Assembly (NCBI GenBank): GCA_002427105.1
Contig: DIPM01000005.1
Location: 5,572-69,571, forward strand
DNA length: 64,000 bases
Source of the DNA: Marinilabiliaceae bacterium UBA5488
Lineage (GTDB): Bacteria > Bacteroidota > Bacteroidia > Bacteroidales > Marinilabiliaceae
Direction: 5' to 3'
The notes below the pieces were generated by a model. That model was not told the DNA's origin and did not search any database. It worked only from the letters and a program-made list of their open reading frames with translations. Both the position numbers and the translations under genes were made by a program. The first letter of the stretch is position 1. Every line of letters begins with the position of its first letter. Shown piece by piece: positions 9,367-17,762 of this stretch.

Positions 9367-9947
9367 ATCAATGGAAAAATTTCACTAAGGGCCTGATTAA
9401 AGAAAACCCTGTATTTGTCCTTTTACTGGGTATGTGCCCCACTTTGGGGGTTACATCATCAGCAATTAATGGTCTGGGTATGGGTCTGGCCACGACCTTT
9501 GTGCTTATAATGGCCAACCTGGCGGTATCGCTGATAAAGGATTTCATACCCGACAAGGTTCGTATTCCATCATATATTGTGGTGATTGCGGCCTTTGTAA
9601 CAGTAGTAGAAATGGTGATGCAGGCCTACACCCCTGCCCTGTTTGACTCTCTGGGCATCTTTATACCTCTGATCGTCGTAAACTGCATCCTGCTTGGTCG
9701 CGCCGAGGCCTTCGCATCAAAAAACGGGCCTGTTGCATCGATGATAGATGGTGCTGGAATGGGTTTGGGATTTGCTCTGGCCTTGACCTTATTGGGCAGC
9801 GTGCGGGAGTTTCTTGGTGCCGGCACCTTTTTCGGACTTAGGGTTTATCCCGGCGAGTATGGCATTCTTATTTTCGTACTGGCTCCGGGTGCCTTTATAG
9901 TTCTTGGCTACCTGATTGCCATAGTCAACAAACTTAAAAAAGCTTAG
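9363..9947 (+). CDS. rnfE: Rnf electron transport complex subunit E
   Basis: 194 aa. ENPVFVLLLGMCP...NCILLGRAE is the typical RnfE/NqrD pattern. Confidence 0.9.
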   Translation: MNQWKNFTKGLIKENPVFVLLLGMCPTLGVTSSAINGLGMGLATTFVLIMANLAVSLIKDFIPDKVRIPSYIVVIAAFVTVVEMVMQAYTPALFDSLGIFIPLIVVNCILLGRAEAFASKNGPVASMIDGAGMGLGFALALTLLGSVREFLGAGTFFGLRVYPGEYGILIFVLAPGAFIVLGYLIAIVNKLKKA

Positions 9948-9959
9948 GGAGGAATTGTT

Positions 9960-10532
9960 ATGAGTTATATTCTGTTAATTATTTCGGCCATATTTGTCAA
10001 CAATATCGTGTTGGCACAATTCCTTGGAATTTGCCCGTTTTTGGGGGTTTCCAAGCGTGTATCCACTTCACTTGGGATGGCCGGTGCAGTAACCTTTGTA
10101 ATGGTAATTGCCACCATCGTGACCTGGATGGTTCAGACCTACATACTTGTTCCTTTTAACATCACCTTTTTGCAAACGATTTCATTTATTCTGATAATTG
10201 CAGCATTGGTTCAGATGGTTGAGATTGTTCTGAAAAAAGTAAGTCCCCCACTCTATCAGGCTCTGGGCGTATTTTTGCCATTAATTACCACCAACTGTAC
10301 TATTTTGGGTATTGCAGTAATGACCATCAGTAACGGCTATAATATCGTTGAAGGAGTTGTATTTTCATTTGCAACAGCCCTGGGATATGGATTAGCCATA
10401 GTCACATTTGCCGGAATCAGAGAACAGATGGATTTAATGAACACTCCCAAAGGACTAAAGGGCGCTCCAATATCGCTAATCACAGCAGGCATTATGGCAA
10501 TGGCCTTTATGGGTTTTGCGGGGATGGTATAG
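9960..10532 (+). CDS. rnfA: Rnf electron transport complex subunit A
   Basis: 190 aa. NNIVLAQFLGICPFLGVS...TNCTILG is the typical RnfA/NqrE pattern. Confidence 0.9.
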   Translation: MSYILLIISAIFVNNIVLAQFLGICPFLGVSKRVSTSLGMAGAVTFVMVIATIVTWMVQTYILVPFNITFLQTISFILIIAALVQMVEIVLKKVSPPLYQALGVFLPLITTNCTILGIAVMTISNGYNIVEGVVFSFATALGYGLAIVTFAGIREQMDLMNTPKGLKGAPISLITAGIMAMAFMGFAGMV

Positions 10533-10908
10533 TATTATCAATAGCTCCGTTGGCTGCATAAGCCGACGGAGCTATTCCGTACCTCGCTTTAAAGCTTCGT
10601 GAAAAACTGGCCAGACTTGAGAAACCGACGGCGTACATAATCTCCGAGATATTACCCGCCCGGTTCAAAATCATATCCGCCGCCTTCTGCATCCTGTAGT
10701 TTATAATGATCTCCTTAGTCGAATAGCTCGTGTATTGCTTCAGTTTTCGGTAAAGATGAGTAGCACTGAAGCCAACATCCAATGCTATCATCTCAACTGA
10801 CAGATCGGGATTGCTGATATTGCTCTCTATCACCGCCATGACTTTTTTCAAAAACACCTCATCTTCATCGCTATGCTCACTATTGTCGCCTTTTGGCCTC
10901 ATCAGCAA
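10507..10908 (-). CDS. Stand-alone AraC-family HTH domain ORF, possibly the 3' remnant of a larger (hybrid two-component type) regulator
   Basis: 133 aa containing only the AraC double-HTH (FSATHLYRKLKQ..., GFSSLASFSRSFKARYG). The ATG at 10902 follows TTG-CTG. The 3' end overlaps rnfA convergently by 26 nt. Confidence 0.55.
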   Translation of the reverse strand: MLMRPKGDNSEHSDEDEVFLKKVMAVIESNISNPDLSVEMIALDVGFSATHLYRKLKQYTSYSTKEIIINYRMQKAADMILNRAGNISEIMYAVGFSSLASFSRSFKARYGIAPSAYAANGAIDNTIPSPQNP

Positions 10909-10985
10909 GGTTTTGGTAAGACACTAAATATACAGGAGCCGACAACTATATTGCAAACCTAAGCAACGAACAGACAGCCTGTGGA

Positions 10986-11666
10986 GTGGCAAGCTACAAC
11001 GTTGTTCTAAGCTTCGAAGACGGCTCAGTAACCTTCCCGGCGGGGAAACCGGGGCATCCGGGCAACTGGGATTACTATGATGACTCAAACTACCGGGTGG
11101 AGTTTATACCCGACAACTCCCCATTGTTGCTCTGGGATGCCCGGAAGGATTATGGAAACACTATCCGCGAGTGGATGCCCGGCAATTCACTCAAGCCTTT
11201 GTGCGTGAACGATTTGGGACTTAATATATCTATGGATAGTCTGCCCTCATACAAGCATTACGACTCAATAGTTCGTGATTATACCTTTAAATACTTCTGC
11301 AAAAATGATATTGCAGGACGCAGGAATGCTTTATCAAATAAGAGCAAAATAGTAGTTGCAGTTTCGACTACAATAGAGAACCCTCAGCCACTTGAAATAG
11401 GGCTAATAACAGCCAATGGCATAGCCTTTACTGCGCAATTTCAGGCAAACACAGGAACCAATACATATAAGATACCGCTTGGAGAATTAAAACAGGGAAA
11501 ATATATTATGGTTAAAAGGCCATATCCGGAATTTATGCCATATTATCACGAATCAGAAGATAGTTTCGAACTTAATTTAAAAGATATTGAAACCATACAA
11601 TTCTCGATAAAGCAGGGACTGTCGCCAAATATAGACCTGACAGTTGCCAAAATATGGCTCGAATAA
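10986..11666 (+). CDS. Hypothetical protein, possibly a 5'-truncated remnant of a larger gene
   Basis: 226-aa ORF whose only candidate start is a GTG. The frame stays open a further 22 codons upstream (to the stop at 10917-10919) without an ATG. I recognise no family by eye. Confidence 0.4.
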   Translation: MASYNVVLSFEDGSVTFPAGKPGHPGNWDYYDDSNYRVEFIPDNSPLLLWDARKDYGNTIREWMPGNSLKPLCVNDLGLNISMDSLPSYKHYDSIVRDYTFKYFCKNDIAGRRNALSNKSKIVVAVSTTIENPQPLEIGLITANGIAFTAQFQANTGTNTYKIPLGELKQGKYIMVKRPYPEFMPYYHESEDSFELNLKDIETIQFSIKQGLSPNIDLTVAKIWLE

Positions 11667-11715
11667 CGATCTAAACAGCAAGGCTGAGATGGTTCAGACT
11701 GTTGTTTGAACCGTC

Positions 11716-12261
11716 TCAGCTATCCTCTATTACAAAGTAAAGTTTGTGATCTTCAATGCGATAATAGAGTGGCACAACATTAATCGCGGGGTATCGGTTT
11801 CTTAATCTCCTTGCCTCGGTGATTAAAAAATCGATTTCGTTGCCGATCTCGAATATTGGTGCAAACTGGTTAAAATGATCCCGGGCAAACTCTCGTTCCC
11901 AGCCTGCATTTTCAACCAGCCCTTTGATTAGGCTGTCTTTCTGCTTGCTCAGATTAACCATTCCACAGTTACTGTGACCTATCAGGGCAATATACTTAAC
12001 TCCGCCTACTGCCACGGCATAGGAGACCTTAAATTCATTATGGCGCAGATTTCCTCCTCCCGACCTCAATATAAATGCAAAATTATTCGGAATGCGTAAC
12101 TGGTTCCGGTTATCCATGCACATACTGATAAGCATCTCAGCCTTTGGAATTTCGCCAAAAGGCATATTGAAATTATGATAGTTTATTAATCGTTCAACAG
12201 GAGTATTCCTGTAGTTTTCTTTGATATCGTCAGGACTGTTAACGGCAACTAATCGATTCAT
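11716..12261 (-). CDS. Beta-class carbonic anhydrase-like protein
   Basis: 181 aa with the zinc-ligand motifs CMDNR (CxDxR) and GHSNCG (HxxC). Confidence 0.7.
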   Translation of the reverse strand: MNRLVAVNSPDDIKENYRNTPVERLINYHNFNMPFGEIPKAEMLISMCMDNRNQLRIPNNFAFILRSGGGNLRHNEFKVSYAVAVGGVKYIALIGHSNCGMVNLSKQKDSLIKGLVENAGWEREFARDHFNQFAPIFEIGNEIDFLITEARRLRNRYPAINVVPLYYRIEDHKLYFVIEDS

Positions 12262-12591
12262 ATAATCGTTTATTTTTGGATAATATTGGTAGTTTGGCTA
12301 CCCAAACTAGTACAAGGCAAAAGAGTAAAAAAAGTTCAACTATTTCTAATCAAAATATAAGTTCCTTGCTTGAAAACTATGAATGCCATTTATTAGCAAT
12401 CTAAATACCAGCCACATACAGTTTATACAAAAAATCACAAAATCGGAAGATTGATTGCCAGGCTACAATTATCAGCCATTCATAAATCGCAAAAATAAGG
12501 AAACAACCATCATTCTGCAGGGTCTAACTAAACTTTTTGGATGCTCAAACTGTTGATTATGTGAACTTATTAAACCATAAACGATATTTTT

Positions 12592-13323
12592 ATGAAACAG
12601 TTAACAATTGCATTAATCGCATTAACAGTAATGGCAGCAGGCTGTACTTCACCTGTTAGCAAGACAAGCGTGGAGGAAGTCAAAACGACCCCTGAATACA
12701 CCGGCGAAGCTGTGAATCATGAGTTTGCGGCACTTCCCTACGCCTATGACGCGCTTGAACCATATATTGATGCCCAGACCATGGAAATCCACTACAGTCT
12801 CCATCATCAGGGCTATTACAACAACTTCCTAAAGGCAGTTGAGGCAACAGGCGTTCAAAATGCATCTTTAGAGTTTATTTTCGAGAATATTTCCACACTT
12901 AGCAGCGCTGTAAAAAACAACGCGGGAGGTTACTACAATCACAGCTTTTTCTGGTCTGTTCTTGCCCCGGCAGGAAGTGGCGGGGAGCCATCGGAAGCCC
13001 TATTCGAAGCAATTAACAATGCTTTTGGATCATTAGAAGGACTTAAAGAAAAATTCAATGCCGCCGCAACCGGTCAGTTTGGAAGCGGTTGGTCATGGCT
13101 TGTAGTTCAAAAAGATGGCACTCTGGCCGTTACAGGTTCAGCTAACCAGGACAATCCGCTAATGGATATTGCTGAGGTCAAAGGACAACCTATTCTTGCG
13201 ATTGATGTTTGGGAGCACGCCTACTATCTGAAATACAAGAATAAAAGGGTCGATTACGTGCAAAATTTTTGGAATATTGTTAATTGGAATGAAGTAAACC
13301 GTCTTTACCAGGAAGCCCTATAA
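12592..13323 (+). CDS. Fe/Mn superoxide dismutase with a lipoprotein-type signal peptide
   Basis: LPYAYDALEPYIDAQTMEIHYSLHHQ and DVWEHAYYL are the SOD metal-ligand motifs. The N-terminus MKQLTIALIALTVMAAGC is lipobox-like. Confidence 0.92.
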   Translation: MKQLTIALIALTVMAAGCTSPVSKTSVEEVKTTPEYTGEAVNHEFAALPYAYDALEPYIDAQTMEIHYSLHHQGYYNNFLKAVEATGVQNASLEFIFENISTLSSAVKNNAGGYYNHSFFWSVLAPAGSGGEPSEALFEAINNAFGSLEGLKEKFNAAATGQFGSGWSWLVVQKDGTLAVTGSANQDNPLMDIAEVKGQPILAIDVWEHAYYLKYKNKRVDYVQNFWNIVNWNEVNRLYQEAL

Positions 13324-13329
13324 ACAAAT

Positions 13330-13366
13330 AAAGCGGGCGAAGCGAATGCTTCGTCCGCTTTATTTC
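13330..13366. terminator. Bidirectional intrinsic terminator between convergent genes
   Basis: The stem aaagcgggcgaagc/gcttcgtccgcttt has about 14 bp (one G:U) and a GAAT loop. Both flanks are T-rich. Confidence 0.75.
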
Positions 13367-13374
13367 CATCCTTC

Positions 13375-14088
13375 TTACTTAATTCTATCGAGATACATCT
13401 TCCTGACATCAATCAGGAAGTCCAATTGCATATCAGGATTATAAATACGGATAATGTCCTGAATGCCAAAATTCACGTGGTAGTGGCCAATGGCCGCATC
13501 AAACTCGCTTTGCTCCCAATTGAATTTCACCTTCTTTGTTAAATCCTCAAAATACTTCCAGCTCAGCATCTTGGGAATGGTGAAGTAGCCGTGATCCTTC
13601 TCTGTAACATCAAAAAAGACACCCGGATGCTTTTCATCCAGGATAAAGAATTTCTTGATACGAATTACAGCCGGACCCTGGGGTTTGCCAGCCGGCTTCT
13701 TGCGAAACTCAATTCCTTCATCCATATAGCAGGCCTGCAACTCTGATATCAACTGATAATCAGAAAGGTGGCGAACACGAATAACATGAAACTCCTTGTT
13801 ATAAAGATTAACCACTCCGGCCGCGGCATTAAAATCTGACTGGAAATACTTCCTGATATTCTGAGTTGCTCGCGTAATCTCTTCAAGGGTATAAAGTTGT
13901 TTTACCACAAAATAGATATAGAGCGGCTTACTTTCATTGGGATGCTCAGAATAATAATTATAGAAGCCCGGGAAGGGCTCAGGCGCCTCCAACACAAAGG
14001 TGTTAGGCAGAATCTGGTCATCCAGCGTACGCAAGGTCTCCTGCTTCAGAAGATTGCCGTACCTTTCGGTAAATGGTAACGGATTCAT
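13375..14088 (-). CDS. Hypothetical cytoplasmic protein (no family recognised)
   Basis: 237-aa ORF with a clean ATG, no TM segment and no signal peptide. It lies on the same strand as, and downstream of, the ABC exporter genes. Confidence 0.7.
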   Translation of the reverse strand: MNPLPFTERYGNLLKQETLRTLDDQILPNTFVLEAPEPFPGFYNYYSEHPNESKPLYIYFVVKQLYTLEEITRATQNIRKYFQSDFNAAAGVVNLYNKEFHVIRVRHLSDYQLISELQACYMDEGIEFRKKPAGKPQGPAVIRIKKFFILDEKHPGVFFDVTEKDHGYFTIPKMLSWKYFEDLTKKVKFNWEQSEFDAAIGHYHVNFGIQDIIRIYNPDMQLDFLIDVRKMYLDRIK

Positions 14089-14212
14089 AGTATATAGTAT
14101 TTATTTATTATGTAAATCTCAAAACAGCCCTAAGCTGCAACAATATGGAAATATACTTAATTTATAGTACGAATCCTTAGCTTTTCTTTATTATTTAGAA
14201 TAAGAATAGATT

Positions 14213-15982
14213 CTAATTCACTGGCTTTTCGACCATCTCTTTAACCAATCCTGCATATTTTCCGCCTAAGTCTAACAGTGATTGGTGAGTACCGCGCTCG
14301 ATAACTGCCCCGTTTTCCAGAACCAGGATAAGGTTGGAATGTTTGATGGTACAAAGACGGTGTGCTACGGCAATAACAGTACGTGTCGAAAAAATATTCT
14401 CGATAGCCATCTGGATATAATGTTCGGTAATAGAATCTACTGCACTTGTAGCCTCATCAAGGATGATAAGTTCGCGCTCGCCGCTAATGGCGCGGGCAAA
14501 GGATATAAGCTGCCCCTGGCCTTTGGAAAGATTATCGCCATTATCCTGAATCACAAAATCATACTTCTCTGGCAAGCGCTCAATAAACCTGTCGGCATAA
14601 ACAAAGCGGGCAGCTTCCTCAATATCAGCCTGTTCAATTTCCTTCCGCCCCAGTCCGATATTGAAGCCTATAGTATCATTAAAAAGATAAATATCCTGCT
14701 GCATAACTGAAACAGTCTGACGAATCTCTTGCAGAGGAATATCCCTTAACTCCATCCCGTTTATGGTAATTGAGCCCCGATATCCTGTATATGCGCCTGT
14801 GAGAAGGCGGATAATAGTTGATTTTCCCGAACCGGTAGTGCCCACCAGCGCAATGCGGTCACCTTTTCTTAAGGTGAAGGAAATATTCTTCAACACATCC
14901 GGGGCATCCGGCGAGTATCTGAAATACACCTCCTTAAATACTATCTCGTCAAATTCAATAGCTTGGGCATCACCATTAGCTGCCTCCTCCACATCCTGTT
15001 CAGACAGCACGCTGATATGGTCAAGTGCCGAAAGAGCCCTTTGTATGGTCGTAATTTGCTGGGCAAATTGGCGGACGGGAACGAACAGGCGACCCAAAGT
15101 GGTAATAAATACAATTAGCACTCCAATTGTATAATCCAGGTTCCACACCTGTGCTGCGCCAAACCAGATGACCAGAGCAGTGGCAACAGAGGTGATACCG
15201 TCAATAATGGAATAAAGCGAGCCATCATACACGTTTGAACGGTTCTGAGCATCTGCATATTGCTTGTTAAATCCGTCGTACTTTTTATATGCTGTCTCGG
15301 AGGCAGCATACAGCTGAATAGTCTTCATTCCGTAAAGGGTCTCCTGGAGATATCCTGCCGATTTTGCCAAACTACTACGCGATTCATCGAAGGCCTTTCT
15401 TATCTTCTTTCGGAAAAACCTGATAGTAAGATAGATAATAGGAACAACCAGGCCAACAACAAGTGTCAACTGCCAATTTATATAGAAGAGGTAGGCTGTC
15501 AGGGCAAGAGTCTTAATACTATCCGACAAAAGCCCAAGAATACCTGAGGCAAAGGATTCAGCAATGCTCTCCATATCACTTGTCAGGCGCGACAGAGTTA
15601 TACCAATAGGATTCTTATCATAGTAGCGCATGGGAAAGCGCAAGGAACGCCCGAAAAGCGTGCGCCTCATGTCCATAATAGCCAAACCTCCGGCCTTTGT
15701 GAAAGAGTAACTGTAAAGTCCGTCAAAAAGAAAGTTTATACCCAAAACCGCGGCTGCAATAAGGGTATAGAGTTTAAGACCCGGAATATCTCCCGTAAGT
15801 ATAAAGTCGTCGATAATACGCTCCACCAGCCACAAAAAGAGTATTCCTCCAAAGGTCGTGATAGGTATAGAAGCCAGGCTGATAAAAATCCATTTTTTAT
15901 GCGGGGCAAAATAGCGACCAAACCTCTTGATCAGTTTCCAGTCCTTAGACCTGAGAAATTCTATCTTCTTGAAAAAGCTCAT
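14213..15982 (-). CDS. ABC exporter half-transporter (TMD-NBD), catalytically canonical NBD
   Basis: 589 aa. Walker A GTTGSGKST, Walker B LIILDEATS, H-loop AVAHRL, but a non-consensus signature LSKGQGQL. Confidence 0.9.
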   Translation of the reverse strand: MSFFKKIEFLRSKDWKLIKRFGRYFAPHKKWIFISLASIPITTFGGILFLWLVERIIDDFILTGDIPGLKLYTLIAAAVLGINFLFDGLYSYSFTKAGGLAIMDMRRTLFGRSLRFPMRYYDKNPIGITLSRLTSDMESIAESFASGILGLLSDSIKTLALTAYLFYINWQLTLVVGLVVPIIYLTIRFFRKKIRKAFDESRSSLAKSAGYLQETLYGMKTIQLYAASETAYKKYDGFNKQYADAQNRSNVYDGSLYSIIDGITSVATALVIWFGAAQVWNLDYTIGVLIVFITTLGRLFVPVRQFAQQITTIQRALSALDHISVLSEQDVEEAANGDAQAIEFDEIVFKEVYFRYSPDAPDVLKNISFTLRKGDRIALVGTTGSGKSTIIRLLTGAYTGYRGSITINGMELRDIPLQEIRQTVSVMQQDIYLFNDTIGFNIGLGRKEIEQADIEEAARFVYADRFIERLPEKYDFVIQDNGDNLSKGQGQLISFARAISGERELIILDEATSAVDSITEHYIQMAIENIFSTRTVIAVAHRLCTIKHSNLILVLENGAVIERGTHQSLLDLGGKYAGLVKEMVEKPVN

Positions 15983-17727
15983 TTGCCACCTCCTTCCTGA
16001 ATATCACGGGTGTGGCGGTAAAAATCTGAGCTTTCGAGCAAATCCTTATGCTGCCCCATGGCCGCAATCTCACCATTTTCAAGTATAACATTAAAATCGC
16101 ATCGCTCCAGGACACTCATCCTGTTGGATACAATAATCAGAGTAGTATCTCTTTTTTCAAATAAGTTCTTAATTAAATATCGCTCCGTATCAGTATCAAC
16201 CGCTGAAAAGACATCGTCAAGTATCATAAGTTTTCCCGGCCAATATAGGGCACGGGCAAGGCTGATACGCTGCTTCTGACCACCTGAGAGCATCACCCCC
16301 TTTTCGCCCACTATAGTTTTCTTCCGTTTTGGGAAGCGCTCAAGTTCATCTGCCAGTGCGCTCTGCAGCACAACCTTTTCAATCTTCTCATCAAGGGGTT
16401 CAATTCCGCTGCCAAAAGCAATATTATTCTCTATGGTATCGGAAAAAAGGAAGACATCTTGGCCCACCGTGCGTACCGACTGCCTGATATCATCACCCCG
16501 CAACCGGCTTGCATCATAATCGCCAAACATAATCTGCCCCGGCTGAACCTTTAAATAGCCGTTTATACAGTTAATCAATGTTGTCTTTCCGGAGCCGAAA
16601 CCTCCGGTTATTCCAACTACCTGCCCGGGTTTAATTTCAAATGAAATATTTTTAAGGACATCTTCCTTGCCATTATGATATCTGTAGCTCAGGTTATTTA
16701 CTTTAAGACCCTTGTCGAGCAAAGTATCGCACTCAACTTCGGTCAGTGCCTCTTTATCATCATCAACTCCCTTGCGGTTCATAATGGTTTGGAGACTGGT
16801 AATTCCGACAAATCCTTGCTGGAACACAGTCAAAACCCAGCCCAGGCCGCTTATGGGGTGAGTCAGCAAAGCCGCGTAAGCTATAAACTCAGTCAGCTCA
16901 CCAATTGTAAATTCACCTTCGATGACCAACAGGCCTCCGGCAAAAAGTACCACAATCTTCAGCATTTGTTCCATGCTGCTTATCAGAGGCATCACAAAGG
17001 AACGAATCCATGATATTTTCATGGTAAAACCAAAAAGTTTTACATTTTCCTCTTCTACCTTGTCTTCTGCCCACTGATGAATATTGTAACTTTTGATTAC
17101 GCCATTGCCCGACAAAAAAGAAATAATACGTCCCGAAAGACTTTGGAGAGATTCCATTCTAAGGCGGGTATTCCTGACCATAAATGCCATTCCGAAGCGC
17201 ACAATAATAAACACAATAACGATGGGGATAATCGTATAAAGCGTTAATGAGGGCGACATTGACCACATTTTAAAGGGAGTGACAGACAAGGAGAAAGCGA
17301 TATTCACAATCTGGAGCAGTCCGAAGCCTGTAATCATCCTGACTCCGTTGATATCGTTATTTATTCGCGATATAATAGACCCGCTACTGTTATTATCGTA
17401 ATAATCTTTCCCAAAGGAAGCAAGTTTTCTGAACATCTCTCCTTTGAGTTGCCGCTCAATCAGCCGTCCCGGAACGAAAAACAGAATGCGCGAAAAAGTC
17501 CTGACTATCATTAAAAAGATAGCCAGGGCCATTATTGCTATAACCGAGCGCAGTAAAACATCATAATTATTCTCTCTGCCTGAGGCAATGGAGTCAATAC
17601 CTTGTTGCACATATTCAGGTATAGTTACCGATACCCAAATAGTAAGAATCAGGAAGATTATTCCTCCTGTGTACCACCACTTATATTTGTCTGTGTATCT
17701 AAGTAAAAACCTTAATTTTGACAACAT
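15979..17727 (-). CDS. ABC exporter half-transporter (TMD-NBD), degenerate NBD
   Basis: 582 aa. Walker A GGFGSGKTT, signature LSGGQKQR, Walker B LMILDD (Asp where the catalytic Glu is expected), H-loop position VSNRMS (Asn for His). ATGA overlap with the downstream partner. Confidence 0.9.
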   Translation of the reverse strand: MLSKLRFLLRYTDKYKWWYTGGIIFLILTIWVSVTIPEYVQQGIDSIASGRENNYDVLLRSVIAIMALAIFLMIVRTFSRILFFVPGRLIERQLKGEMFRKLASFGKDYYDNNSSGSIISRINNDINGVRMITGFGLLQIVNIAFSLSVTPFKMWSMSPSLTLYTIIPIVIVFIIVRFGMAFMVRNTRLRMESLQSLSGRIISFLSGNGVIKSYNIHQWAEDKVEEENVKLFGFTMKISWIRSFVMPLISSMEQMLKIVVLFAGGLLVIEGEFTIGELTEFIAYAALLTHPISGLGWVLTVFQQGFVGITSLQTIMNRKGVDDDKEALTEVECDTLLDKGLKVNNLSYRYHNGKEDVLKNISFEIKPGQVVGITGGFGSGKTTLINCINGYLKVQPGQIMFGDYDASRLRGDDIRQSVRTVGQDVFLFSDTIENNIAFGSGIEPLDEKIEKVVLQSALADELERFPKRKKTIVGEKGVMLSGGQKQRISLARALYWPGKLMILDDVFSAVDTDTERYLIKNLFEKRDTTLIIVSNRMSVLERCDFNVILENGEIAAMGQHKDLLESSDFYRHTRDIQEGGGK

Positions 17728-17762
17728 CCTCTATTTATACTTCTAATTATTATGGCTGAATC

